From Breznakia blatticola (GTDB taxonomy: Bacteria; Bacillota_I; Bacilli_A; Erysipelotrichales; Erysipelotrichaceae), in the NCBI RefSeq assembly GCF_004365815.1, contig NZ_SODD01000016.1:1-32000 (forward strand): 32,000 nucleotides of DNA, read 5' to 3'. Numbering within the stretch: the first letter of the stretch is position 1; each line of letters starts with the position of its first letter. The position numbers and the translations under genes were made by a program. The notes beneath the pieces were generated by a model. That model was not told the DNA's origin, searched no databases, and was given only the letters and a program-made list of their open reading frames with translations. This document shows positions 17,494 through 25,406 of the stretch, one piece after another.

Positions 17494-19413
17494 ATGGAAA
17501 AGAAAAAGTATTATCTAACAACCCCAATTTATTATCCAAGTGATAATTTTCATATTGGGCACTGTTATACAACAGTAATTGCAGATACATTAGCACGTTA
17601 TAAACGTGCCAAAGGTTTTGATGTATTCTTTTTAACAGGTACAGATGAACATGGACAAAAAATTGAAGAACGTGCAAAACTTGCTGGAACAGATCCAAAG
17701 AGTTTCGTGGATAAAATTGTCGCTAATGCGCAAGACTTATGGTCATCATTAGGAATTACATACGATAAGTTTATTCGTACAACAGATGAATATCATGTCA
17801 AAGCTGTTCAAAAGATGTTCCGTGATTTATATGAAAAAGGGGATATCTATAAAGGTGAGTATGAAGGTTGGTACTGTACACCAGATGAGTCATTTTGGAC
17901 AGATTCACAACTTGTCGATGGAAAATGTCCAGAGTGTGGACGTGAAGTAAAAAAAGTAAAAGAAGAATCGTATTTCTTACGCTTAAGTAATTATCAAAAA
18001 CAATTAGAAGAATACTTGGAAAGTCATCCGGAATTGATGCAACCAGAATCTCGTTATAAAGAAATGTTAAATAACTTCTTAAAACCAGGTCTTCAAGATT
18101 TATCGGTTTCAAGAACAAGTTTCAAATGGGGAATTCCTGTTGATTTTGATCCAGACCATGTAATCTATGTATGGATGGATGCACTTTCAAACTATATTAC
18201 AGCACTTGGATATAACAGTGATGATGATTCTTTGTTTCAAAAATACTGGCCAGCTGAACTGCACCTAGTTGGAAAAGAAATCTTTAGATTCCACACATTA
18301 ATTTGGCCAATTATGTTGATGGCACTTGATTTGCCATTACCAAAACAAGTGTATGGACATGGATGGCTAGTTGTTGATGGAGGAAAAATTTCTAAATCAT
18401 TAGGTAACTATAAAGATCCACGTGTATATATTAATGACTATGGCGTAGACGCTGTACGTTATTACTTGTTAAGTGAAGTACCATTTGGAAATGATGGAAA
18501 CTTCTCAGAAAAACTACTCGTGGAAAGAAGTAATTCAGATTTAGCCAATGTATTAGGAAATTTAGTAAACCGTACAGTAAGTATGACAAACAAATACTTT
18601 GGTGGAACTGTAACAAATACGAAAGTACATGAAACCGTAGATGAAGATTTAATTCGTACAGTAAATGAATTAAATGCAAAAGTAGAAGCGAAAATGGATA
18701 CATTACATGTGGATGCAGCGATTGCTGAAATCTTCAATGTATTAAAACGTACCAACCGTTATGTTGATGAAACAACACCTTGGGTGTTAGGAAAAGATGA
18801 AAGTAAACAAGATCGTCTACAAACTGTCTTATTTAACTTGCTTGAAGCAATACGTGTTTGTACAATCCAATTAGAAGCATTCATTCCAAAAAGTGCACAA
18901 GCGATTTTTGATCAACTACAAACAGATGCACGTACATTTGATACTGTTGCCTTTGGTAGTGTGGATAGCTACACGGTCGTAGAAAAACCTTCCATTCTAT
19001 TTGCGCGTATTGATGAAAAAGAATTAGAAGAAAAATGGGCAAAAGAAGCTGCTGCAGTTGAAGAAACTACAGAAGAAGTACAAGAAACAAAACCAGAAAT
19101 TACATTTGATGATTTCATGAAAACGGAAATGAAAGTTGGTTTAATCGAAGCGTGTGAAAAGCATCCAAAAGCAGATAAACTACTTGTTTCACAAATCAAC
19201 ATTGGAACGGAAACACGTCAAGTGGTGAGTGGAATTGCACCAGACTATACACCTGAAGATATGATTGGTAAAAAAGTTATCGTCGTGACAAACTTAAAAC
19301 CAGCAAAAATTCGTGGTGTGGAAAGCCAAGGTATGATTCTTGTTGGTGAAGATGCAAATGGAATTGAGGTCGTAAATCTTAAGAGTATGGAACCAGGAGC
19401 AACTGTTCGCTAA
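17494..19413 (+). CDS. metG: Methionine--tRNA ligase with C-terminal tRNA-binding domain
   Basis: The track start at 17464 lies inside the T-box terminator. ATG 17494 has a GGAGG SD. Motifs: HIGH (NFHIGH), KMSKS variant (KISKS), CPECG knuckle, and a C-terminal EMAP/Trbp111-like domain. Confidence 0.95.
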   Translation: MEKKKYYLTTPIYYPSDNFHIGHCYTTVIADTLARYKRAKGFDVFFLTGTDEHGQKIEERAKLAGTDPKSFVDKIVANAQDLWSSLGITYDKFIRTTDEYHVKAVQKMFRDLYEKGDIYKGEYEGWYCTPDESFWTDSQLVDGKCPECGREVKKVKEESYFLRLSNYQKQLEEYLESHPELMQPESRYKEMLNNFLKPGLQDLSVSRTSFKWGIPVDFDPDHVIYVWMDALSNYITALGYNSDDDSLFQKYWPAELHLVGKEIFRFHTLIWPIMLMALDLPLPKQVYGHGWLVVDGGKISKSLGNYKDPRVYINDYGVDAVRYYLLSEVPFGNDGNFSEKLLVERSNSDLANVLGNLVNRTVSMTNKYFGGTVTNTKVHETVDEDLIRTVNELNAKVEAKMDTLHVDAAIAEIFNVLKRTNRYVDETTPWVLGKDESKQDRLQTVLFNLLEAIRVCTIQLEAFIPKSAQAIFDQLQTDARTFDTVAFGSVDSYTVVEKPSILFARIDEKELEEKWAKEAAAVEETTEEVQETKPEITFDDFMKTEMKVGLIEACEKHPKADKLLVSQINIGTETRQVVSGIAPDYTPEDMIGKKVIVVTNLKPAKIRGVESQGMILVGEDANGIEVVNLKSMEPGATVR

Positions 19414-20333
19414 TGAAACAACATAAACGATATCAAACCAGTATAATTTTATTACTGGTTTGTTTCGCATTTATATACAAAGGAATTCGTGATGCGCAAA
19501 CGCCAATGATTGTCATCGGTGTGTTTTTAGCAATATATGCGACGATACGAATCGTCTTATTACTCACCTTATCAAATGTAGCGCAACAAGAAATTGTGGA
19601 AGATAGTGATATGACAAGCGCTTACTTGCGTACAAATTATGAGCGTTACATCGAAATGTATATTCTTTATAAAAAAGGTGAATGCGAAGTTCTATATGAA
19701 GAAAATGATGGCTTGTTGCTGCTAAGTCATGCAGATGATATGTATTATGCAAGTGCTAAAAATAAACAAGCAGCGATGGATATTTTACAACTCATTCCAC
19801 AGGATTATCATGGCTTGTGTGTTTGCGATGATATTTTTATAGAATGCATAGATTCGTATATTACGTATGGGACAAAGTTCAACTCATACAATTTGGTATA
19901 TGAAAAACAAGAGAAAGCAGTGCTGACAAATACAACAATTCGTATTCAACCATTAACTGAAAAAGATATTGAGATTGTAAAGCAAACGTACAGTAATCCA
20001 ATTTATGATCAGCCTGGGTATATTGCATCATGTATTAAAAATGGAATGCTTGGTGCATATGTGGATGATAAACTTGCTGGATATATAGGTTTACATAACA
20101 GTGGAGCAATTGGACTTTTAGAAGTGTTTGAAGACTATCGTCAACAAGGGATTGCCAAAACACTTGTAGCAAGTATGATTAATCACTGCCTTGAGACAAA
20201 ACAAATTGCATATACGCAAGTTCAACAAAAAAATGAAACTTCATTGCAGTTACAAGAAAAGTTAGGATTTACAAAAGCAGATAAACCGTGTGTGTGGATA
20301 TTTAAAAAAGAGATGGAGACATTACATGAATAA
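19413..20333 (+). CDS. Membrane-associated protein with C-terminal GNAT acetyltransferase domain
   Basis: 306 aa. The start overlaps the metG stop (TAATG). Two N-terminal hydrophobic helices. GNAT acetyl-CoA motif (LLEVFEDYRQQGIAKTLV). Confidence 0.65.
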   Translation: MKQHKRYQTSIILLLVCFAFIYKGIRDAQTPMIVIGVFLAIYATIRIVLLLTLSNVAQQEIVEDSDMTSAYLRTNYERYIEMYILYKKGECEVLYEENDGLLLLSHADDMYYASAKNKQAAMDILQLIPQDYHGLCVCDDIFIECIDSYITYGTKFNSYNLVYEKQEKAVLTNTTIRIQPLTEKDIEIVKQTYSNPIYDQPGYIASCIKNGMLGAYVDDKLAGYIGLHNSGAIGLLEVFEDYRQQGIAKTLVASMINHCLETKQIAYTQVQQKNETSLQLQEKLGFTKADKPCVWIFKKEMETLHE

Positions 20334-20841
20334 AGATGCATTAGACTTACTTTATAAACGACGAAGTATTCGTTCGTTTAAAGACACACAAATTCAAAAA
20401 GAAGAATTAGATGCAGTATTAAAAGCTGGTGTTCTTGCACCATGTGCAATGAATCGACAAACGACTTTGATGGTGGTCGTGCAAAGTCAAATTTATCGCG
20501 ATGCATTAGTTGAATTAAAAAATGCTGGAACTGATAAAGATCCATTTTATGGAGCACCTACAATTATTGTGCTTTTTGCACCTGCAAATCACTATACAGC
20601 AATTGAAAATGCGTCGGCAGTACAAATGAATTTGATGCATGCAGCAAATGCGGTAGGACTGGCTTCATGTTGGGTACATATGCCAAAGGAAGTTTTCCAA
20701 CAAGTAGAAGGAAAACAATTGATGTATGCATGGGGATTACCTGATGATGTGATTAGTATTGCAGCATTAGCTATAGGTTATCAAGATGGAGAAACACCTG
20801 AAGTCCCAGATAAAGAACAACATATTGTAATAAGTGTATAA
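20326..20841 (+). CDS. Nitroreductase-family protein
   Basis: ATG 20326 (GGAGA SD) overlaps the upstream stop. N-terminal LLYKRRSIRSFKD motif typical of the FMN nitroreductase fold. Confidence 0.85.
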   Translation: MNKDALDLLYKRRSIRSFKDTQIQKEELDAVLKAGVLAPCAMNRQTTLMVVVQSQIYRDALVELKNAGTDKDPFYGAPTIIVLFAPANHYTAIENASAVQMNLMHAANAVGLASCWVHMPKEVFQQVEGKQLMYAWGLPDDVISIAALAIGYQDGETPEVPDKEQHIVISV

Positions 20842-20963
20842 ACGTGGAGGAATCTGCGTTTTTATTTTGAAACGAAGAGAGAAAAACATGGATTACACTT
20901 TTTTTGAAAAATGCTTGCGTGTATAGTTGGTATATAGTGTACAAAAAAGGTAGGAGGTACATT

Positions 20964-21944
20964 ATGAAAATAAGTGATGTTGAAAAGAAGGTCAAAGTAA
21001 GTAAACAAACGATTATATACTATGAAAAGGAAGGTTTACTTCAACCAAAACGAGATGAAAATGACTTTCGTATATTTGATGATGAAGACATACGCCAACT
21101 GGAAACAATCATTCAATTGCGAAGTTTTGATATTTCAATCGATGATATTCGTTTAATCTTACAAGGGAAAGTTTCGCTTCAAGAGATTCTAGATATTACA
21201 TCTATCCAATTGGAAGAAGAAATGGAAATTATGAAAAGACGTGTAGACCTAATTCAAGTAATCAAAGAAAAAGAATTACCTGTACTTAAAAATTATAAGC
21301 ATCTTTCAAAACAAACAGATGGTTTAAAACTTGGTTATTTCAAAACCAATAAAACACCATCACTAGGAAGAAGGATGACAAGAAAACTAGCGTGGCGACG
21401 TTTACTTAATGTGTTGCTTTTTTATCTCTTATTTGGTGTGTTTCTTAGTGCAATTGTAAGTATGATTGATGTTACACTTCCACCGATTGTGGGAATGTTG
21501 ATAATTGGTGCACAAATACTTTGCAATATGATCTTAATTGGGTATACGAGATTTAGTAGTGATATTTATAATCGAAATAATTATATAGAGTTCTTAGAGG
21601 ATGGTGTAAGGTATTATAAAAGCAATTCATTTTTTAAGGATGTACGATACTGGATATCTGCACTTTTTAAAACCAATGCATCACTACTAACATTTTGCGC
21701 GTATACAGATATACAAGAAGTAGAAATACAAATGCAACGAAAGATATTGTACTTTGGCTTTGGACCCGCCGGTTTTCCGTATGAGCAATATAACTTTACC
21801 TTTACATTAGCTGGAAATAAACTACAATTACGAAATCCATTTACTGCTGCAGATGATCGAATGCTTATTGCTAATATACTAAAACGATATGTATCAAATG
21901 TTACTGATGCAGGACAATTTATCGAGAAGTATACTACGTGCTAA
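20964..21944 (+). CDS. MerR-family HTH protein with central TM segments and an uncharacterised C-terminal domain
   Basis: ATG 20964 has a GGTAGGAGG SD; the track start is 20904. MerR N-terminus (VSKQTIIYYEKEGLLQPKRDENDFRIFDDEDI) plus a coiled coil. Two hydrophobic helices (LLNVLLFYLLFGVFLSAIV, IVGMLIIGAQILCNMILIGY). About 130 aa of C-terminus is unassigned. Confidence 0.75.
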   Translation: MKISDVEKKVKVSKQTIIYYEKEGLLQPKRDENDFRIFDDEDIRQLETIIQLRSFDISIDDIRLILQGKVSLQEILDITSIQLEEEMEIMKRRVDLIQVIKEKELPVLKNYKHLSKQTDGLKLGYFKTNKTPSLGRRMTRKLAWRRLLNVLLFYLLFGVFLSAIVSMIDVTLPPIVGMLIIGAQILCNMILIGYTRFSSDIYNRNNYIEFLEDGVRYYKSNSFFKDVRYWISALFKTNASLLTFCAYTDIQEVEIQMQRKILYFGFGPAGFPYEQYNFTFTLAGNKLQLRNPFTAADDRMLIANILKRYVSNVTDAGQFIEKYTTC

Positions 21945-22030
21945 AAATGTAGAATCGCAAGTCATATCAAGTAAAGCTTGTATAAACTTGGTATAATACA
22001 TATATTGTAAGTTACAGAAAGGATATGCAT

Positions 22031-22369
22031 ATGCCAGTACAAGTAAAACAATTTATGGTAGATTGGGTGAAACAACATGTAGCATCAACACCAACCTTGG
22101 ATGAGATGGCTCATGCAGTAGGGTACTCAACCTATTACTGTTCACGACACTTTAAAGAACTTACGGGTATGACATATAAAGTCTATGTATCGAAGTGTAA
22201 ACTAGAAGCAATTGCAAGCGAACTTATTATGACAAATGAAACAATTACCGTGATTGCACAACGGTATGGGTATGCATCAAGTGATGTGCTAAGTCGTGCA
22301 TTTTACAAGCAATACCAAAAATCACCAAGTGCGTATCGTAAGCAGTATATGGATATAAAAGGAGCGTAA
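22031..22369 (+). CDS. Small AraC/XylS-type HTH protein (DNA-binding domain only)
   Basis: About 112 aa. Two HTH units (TLDEMAHAVGYSTYYCSRHFK; ITVIAQRYGYASSDVLSRAFYKQYQKSPSAYR). ATG 22031 has better SD spacing than 22025. Confidence 0.75.
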   Translation: MPVQVKQFMVDWVKQHVASTPTLDEMAHAVGYSTYYCSRHFKELTGMTYKVYVSKCKLEAIASELIMTNETITVIAQRYGYASSDVLSRAFYKQYQKSPSAYRKQYMDIKGA

Positions 22370-22370
22370 A

Positions 22371-23186
22371 ATGAATAGAGATGAAATACAAGCAAAAATT
22401 GAAGCTTATAAAAAACAAGGATGTAAAGTTCCAACCATGGATCTAATTAAAACGGAAGAACAAATTCAAGGAATTAAAAAAAGTAGTGAAATCAATATTG
22501 CACTACTAGATTATATTGGAGCTTTTATAAAGCCAGGTGTTTCTACTGCATATGTAGATGAATTGATTCACGAAAAGACATTATCTTATGGAGCAATTCC
22601 AGCACCATTAAATTATGAAGGGTTTCCAAAAAGTAGTTGTATTTCAATTGATGATCAAGTATGTCATGGAATTCCGTCCACAAAAGAAATATTGATGGAA
22701 GGCGATATTGTGAATATTGATGTCTCTACAATCTATGATGGATATTTTTCAGATTCATCAAGAATGTTTTGCGTTGGTAAAGTAAGTAAAGATAAACAGA
22801 AACTGGTTGATGTTGCTAGAAAATCAATGCTTGAAGGTATCAAACAAATCAAACCATGGGAACCACTGGGAAATGTTGGTGCTGCAGTAAATGCATATGC
22901 GAAAAAACACGGATATTCAGTTGTTCGTGAAATTGGTGGACATGGCGTTGGCTTGGAGTTTCATGAAGAGCCATGGGTTGGTTTTACAACGAAGAAAAAC
23001 ACGGGAATGCTAATGGTTCCAGGTATGGTATTTACTGTTGAACCGATGATTAATGAAGGAACTGCAGAGATCTTCCAAGATGCGGATAATGGATGGACAA
23101 TTTATACAATGGACCAAAAACCATCCGCGCAATGGGAAAATACGATTCTTGTTACAGAAGACGGATATGAAATTATTACCTACTAG
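22371..23186 (+). CDS. map: Type I methionine aminopeptidase
   Basis: 271 aa. Metal-ligand contexts VNIDVSTIYDGYFSDSSRMF, GHGVGLEFHEEP, FTVEPMI and QWENTILVT. AAAGGAG SD. Confidence 0.93.
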   Translation: MNRDEIQAKIEAYKKQGCKVPTMDLIKTEEQIQGIKKSSEINIALLDYIGAFIKPGVSTAYVDELIHEKTLSYGAIPAPLNYEGFPKSSCISIDDQVCHGIPSTKEILMEGDIVNIDVSTIYDGYFSDSSRMFCVGKVSKDKQKLVDVARKSMLEGIKQIKPWEPLGNVGAAVNAYAKKHGYSVVREIGGHGVGLEFHEEPWVGFTTKKNTGMLMVPGMVFTVEPMINEGTAEIFQDADNGWTIYTMDQKPSAQWENTILVTEDGYEIITY

Positions 23187-23204
23187 AAATAGTAGGTATT
23201 TTTT
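23177..23204 (+). terminator. Rho-independent terminator of map
   Basis: TACCTACT / AGTAGGTA 8-bp stem followed by T6. Confidence 0.75.
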
Positions 23205-23215
23205 AGGTCAAATGA

Positions 23216-23335
23216 TTTAAAAGTTTATTTGATAGGAAGGAAAGTGATTCAACAAATGTATCGATACTTATGCTAATGCTTGTACTTGGTATTGGTAGTT
23301 TAGGTATCTTATTGGCTAGAAGAAAAGTGAAATAA
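23216..23335 (+). pseudogene. Possible orphan 3' end of a surface-anchored protein gene
   Basis: This open frame has no SD or plausible start. It ends ...SDSTNVSILMLMLVLGIGSLGILLARRKVK*, that is, a hydrophobic helix plus a basic tail like a sorting-signal C-terminus. An in-frame stop lies at 23213 and a small hairpin follows. Confidence 0.3.
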
Positions 23336-23363
23336 AGATAAGAGCGTAATACGCTTTTTAAAC

Positions 23364-23393
23364 AAATAAAAAAGCACTGACATAATCAGTGCT
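23364..23393 (-). terminator. Terminator of tRNA-Asn (minus strand)
   Basis: On the minus strand: AGCACTGA / TCAGTGCT stem followed by T-run. Confidence 0.6.
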
Positions 23394-23405
23394 TATCACG
23401 CTTCA

Positions 23406-23481
23406 TGGCGCCTGAAACAGGACTTGAACCTGTGACCGTTCGGTTAACAGCCGAGTGCTCTACCAACTGAGCTATTCAGGC
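23406..23481 (-). tRNA. tRNA-Asn (anticodon GTT)
   Basis: The reverse complement GCCTGAATAGCTCAGTTGGTAGAGCACTCGGCTGTTAACCGAACGGTCACAGGTTCAAGTCCTGTTTCAGGCGCCA folds as a cloverleaf. The anticodon loop is CTGTTAA and CCA is encoded. Confidence 0.9.
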
Positions 23482-23551
23482 ATTGCTTTGTTATTATAGC
23501 AAAGAAAAAGTACTCTGACAAGTACCTTTCTTTAAAAAATTATAAATTTTA

Positions 23552-24322
23552 TTAACGTTTTGTTGCTTCCTTTAAGAAGGTGAAATTACTTGCATTACCG
23601 GCAATCATTCCAATTGGTTTTTCATAACTCCAAGTCTCCGGTGCAATTGGCTCAATTAGTCCGCCAGCTTCTTCGATAATGATTCGTCCAGCCGAGAAAT
23701 CCCATGCGCTAAGTGAAGCTTCAAAGAAACCATCAAAGCGTCCACACGCAACATAACATAAGTCCAATACTGCACTACCACAACGTCGTATGTCACGACC
23801 AGTTAGCAATAACTTGCGAAATGTATCAAAAGTATAATCGATAAGTCGCTCTTTTGAATATGGGGCAGTCCCCACCGCAAATAAACTATGTGCTTCATCA
23901 GCAGTACTTACATGAATTGGTTCTCCATTTAGAAAACTACCCTCGCCTTCAGTTGCATAAAACAATTCATTAAGGTAAGGATTGTACACAACACCTAGAA
24001 TGCTTTTTTGTTTGTAAAGTAAAGCAATAGACACACAACTCATTTTTATATCGTAGAAAAAGTTGGTTGTTCCATCGATGGGGTCAATTACCCAAACATA
24101 TCCATCATCATAATCCTTAACATCATTTTCCTCAGCTATAATTTTCGCATCAGGCATAATCGCGCGTAAACGTTCAATTACAAATTCCTGTGTTTTTACA
24201 TCGGTACTTGTAACAATATTGCTTGCACCATCTTTTTCATTTGTTTGAAAATCTCTATGTTCTTTAAAAAAACGACCTGCCTCCACTGCGATTGTTTTTA
24301 CTTGATTCAATACTTCTAACAT
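23552..24322 (-). CDS. Inositol monophosphatase family protein
   Basis: IMPase motifs (WVIDPIDGTTNF, SAWDFSAG). ATG at 24322 has a GGAGGG SD; the track start is 24334. Confidence 0.85.
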   Translation of the reverse strand: MLEVLNQVKTIAVEAGRFFKEHRDFQTNEKDGASNIVTSTDVKTQEFVIERLRAIMPDAKIIAEENDVKDYDDGYVWVIDPIDGTTNFFYDIKMSCVSIALLYKQKSILGVVYNPYLNELFYATEGEGSFLNGEPIHVSTADEAHSLFAVGTAPYSKERLIDYTFDTFRKLLLTGRDIRRCGSAVLDLCYVACGRFDGFFEASLSAWDFSAGRIIIEEAGGLIEPIAPETWSYEKPIGMIAGNASNFTFLKEATKR

Positions 24323-24462
24323 AACACCCTCCATGATTATCCTATCGTATCATAATTTGTGATAATAATCTTATTGAATCACAAATAATTCATGACAAAA
24401 TGTGTCGAAAAAGATGCGAAAATACTAGCGTGAAATATTTTGATTTTTTTACATTTTTGATA

Positions 24463-24490
24463 TTGCAATTTGTTTTGACTATGCTATAAT
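24463..24490 (+). promoter_or_regulatory. Promoter of the tRNA cluster
   Basis: TTGCAA (24463-24468), 16-nt spacer, extended -10 TGcTATAAT (24482-24490). Confidence 0.5.
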
Positions 24491-24502
24491 ATAAAAGCAC
24501 TT

Positions 24503-24585
24503 GCGCGTGTGGCGAAATTGGCAGACGCACCAGACTTAGGATCTGGCGGGCAACCGTGGGGGTTCGAGTCCCTTCACGCGCACCA
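24503..24585 (+). tRNA. tRNA-Leu (anticodon TAG)
   Basis: Acceptor GCGCGTG/CACGCGC, anticodon arm CCAGA-CTTAGGA-TCTGG, long variable arm, CCA encoded. Confidence 0.9.
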
Positions 24586-24596
24586 TTTGTATTTGG

Positions 24597-24670
24597 GGTT
24601 CCTTAGCCAAGTGGTAAGGCAATAGACTGCAACTCTGTGATCACCAGTTCAAATCTGGTAGGAACCTCCA
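24597..24670 (+). tRNA. tRNA-Cys (anticodon GCA)
   Basis: Acceptor GGTTCCT/AGGAACC, anticodon arm ATAGA-CTGCAAC-TCTGT, T-arm ACCAG-TTCAAAT-CTGGT, CCA encoded. Confidence 0.9.
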
Positions 24671-24704
24671 TTTTTGAAAAGTGACGAAGTGTGCAAATAA
24701 ATAT

Positions 24705-24791
24705 CGGGCCGTGGCGGAATAGGCAGACGCAACGGACTTAAAATCCGTTGAGGGCAACCTCGTGGGGGTTCAAGTCCCCCCGGCCCGACCA
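24705..24791 (+). tRNA. tRNA-Leu (anticodon TAA)
   Basis: Anticodon arm ACGGA-CTTAAAA-TCCGT, long variable arm, T-arm GGGGG-TTCAAGT-CCCCC, CCA encoded. The best acceptor pairing, CGGGCCG/CGGCCCG, implies a C1:G72 pair, so the 5' end is uncertain by about 1 nt. Confidence 0.88.
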
Positions 24792-24803
24792 TTTTTAATG
24801 CTT

Positions 24804-24858
24804 CGGCATATAGGTTAATCTATTTATATTTATAGATTGACTTGTATGCCGTTTTTTT
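24804..24858 (+). terminator. Terminator of the tRNA cluster
   Basis: Long imperfect hairpin CGGCATATAGGTTAATCTAT ... ATAGATTGACTTGTATGCCG followed by T7. Confidence 0.55.
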
Positions 24859-24882
24859 GTTTTACCAGGAAGGAGTGATTCG

Positions 24883-25128
24883 GTGGAGGATAGACAATGC
24901 TTAAAAGACTTACATGGAATTATTATTCACAACGTTCGTTCTGAGCTTGAAAAAAAAGAAATGTCTTTGTATAAGCTTGCAAAAGATGCGAATATTGGAT
25001 ACTCAATACTGTGGAAAATGTTAGATCCTAAAAAGGACGCTACCTTCTCAGTTAAAACTCTGCATAGGGTTGCAAGTACACTGGATATGACGGTAGCAGA
25101 AATTACAAAGCAAAAACAAAATCAGTAA
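24883..25128 (+). CDS. XRE/Cro-like HTH protein
   Basis: 81 aa. GTG start with a GGAAGGAG SD. HTH: MSLYKLAKDANIGYSILWKML...VKTLHRVASTLDMTVAEI. Confidence 0.75.
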   Translation: MEDRQCLKDLHGIIIHNVRSELEKKEMSLYKLAKDANIGYSILWKMLDPKKDATFSVKTLHRVASTLDMTVAEITKQKQNQ

Positions 25129-25132
25129 GAGC

Positions 25133-25255
25133 AAAAAAAAACTAACTTCTATGTTTGGCGACGTTCAAGTTAGTTCAAGTATTTGCCTTCAAAAATTTTC
25201 TTCGCTATTTCCGGCACGTTTTTAGTGTACTCATAAAGCCACAAGGCCCCTGTAC
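25133..25255 (-). ncRNA. Candidate small RNA (alternatively the 3' part of a 57-aa SD-less ORF, 25170-25343)
   Basis: The minus strand carries TTGCGA (25285-25290), a 17-nt spacer, and TGgTATATT (-10 at 25262-25267). About 120 nt downstream is a 9-bp hairpin (25140-25148 / 25167-25175) followed by T9 on the minus strand. Confidence 0.3.
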
Positions 25256-25406
25256 GTCTATAATATACCATTTTAGAAAATAATTCGCAAGACATAGAAC
25301 AAGAAAAAAAGGCCTTATTTATAAAAATGAACATAAACAACATTTGGCATTGTTACTTTATCGAGAAAAATAACTGAAACATGTAAGTCCAATACATATA
25401 ACGGTA

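Noticed and set aside
16211-19202. Antisense ORFs within metK and metG
   Set aside because: The reason is the same: these are shadow ORFs of highly conserved genes.
25327-25377. 16-aa ORF (MNINNIWHCYFIEKNN) and 15-aa ORF at 25795
   Set aside because: They are too short and have no SD. The first is noted only as a possible degenerate relic of the toxin-like module.
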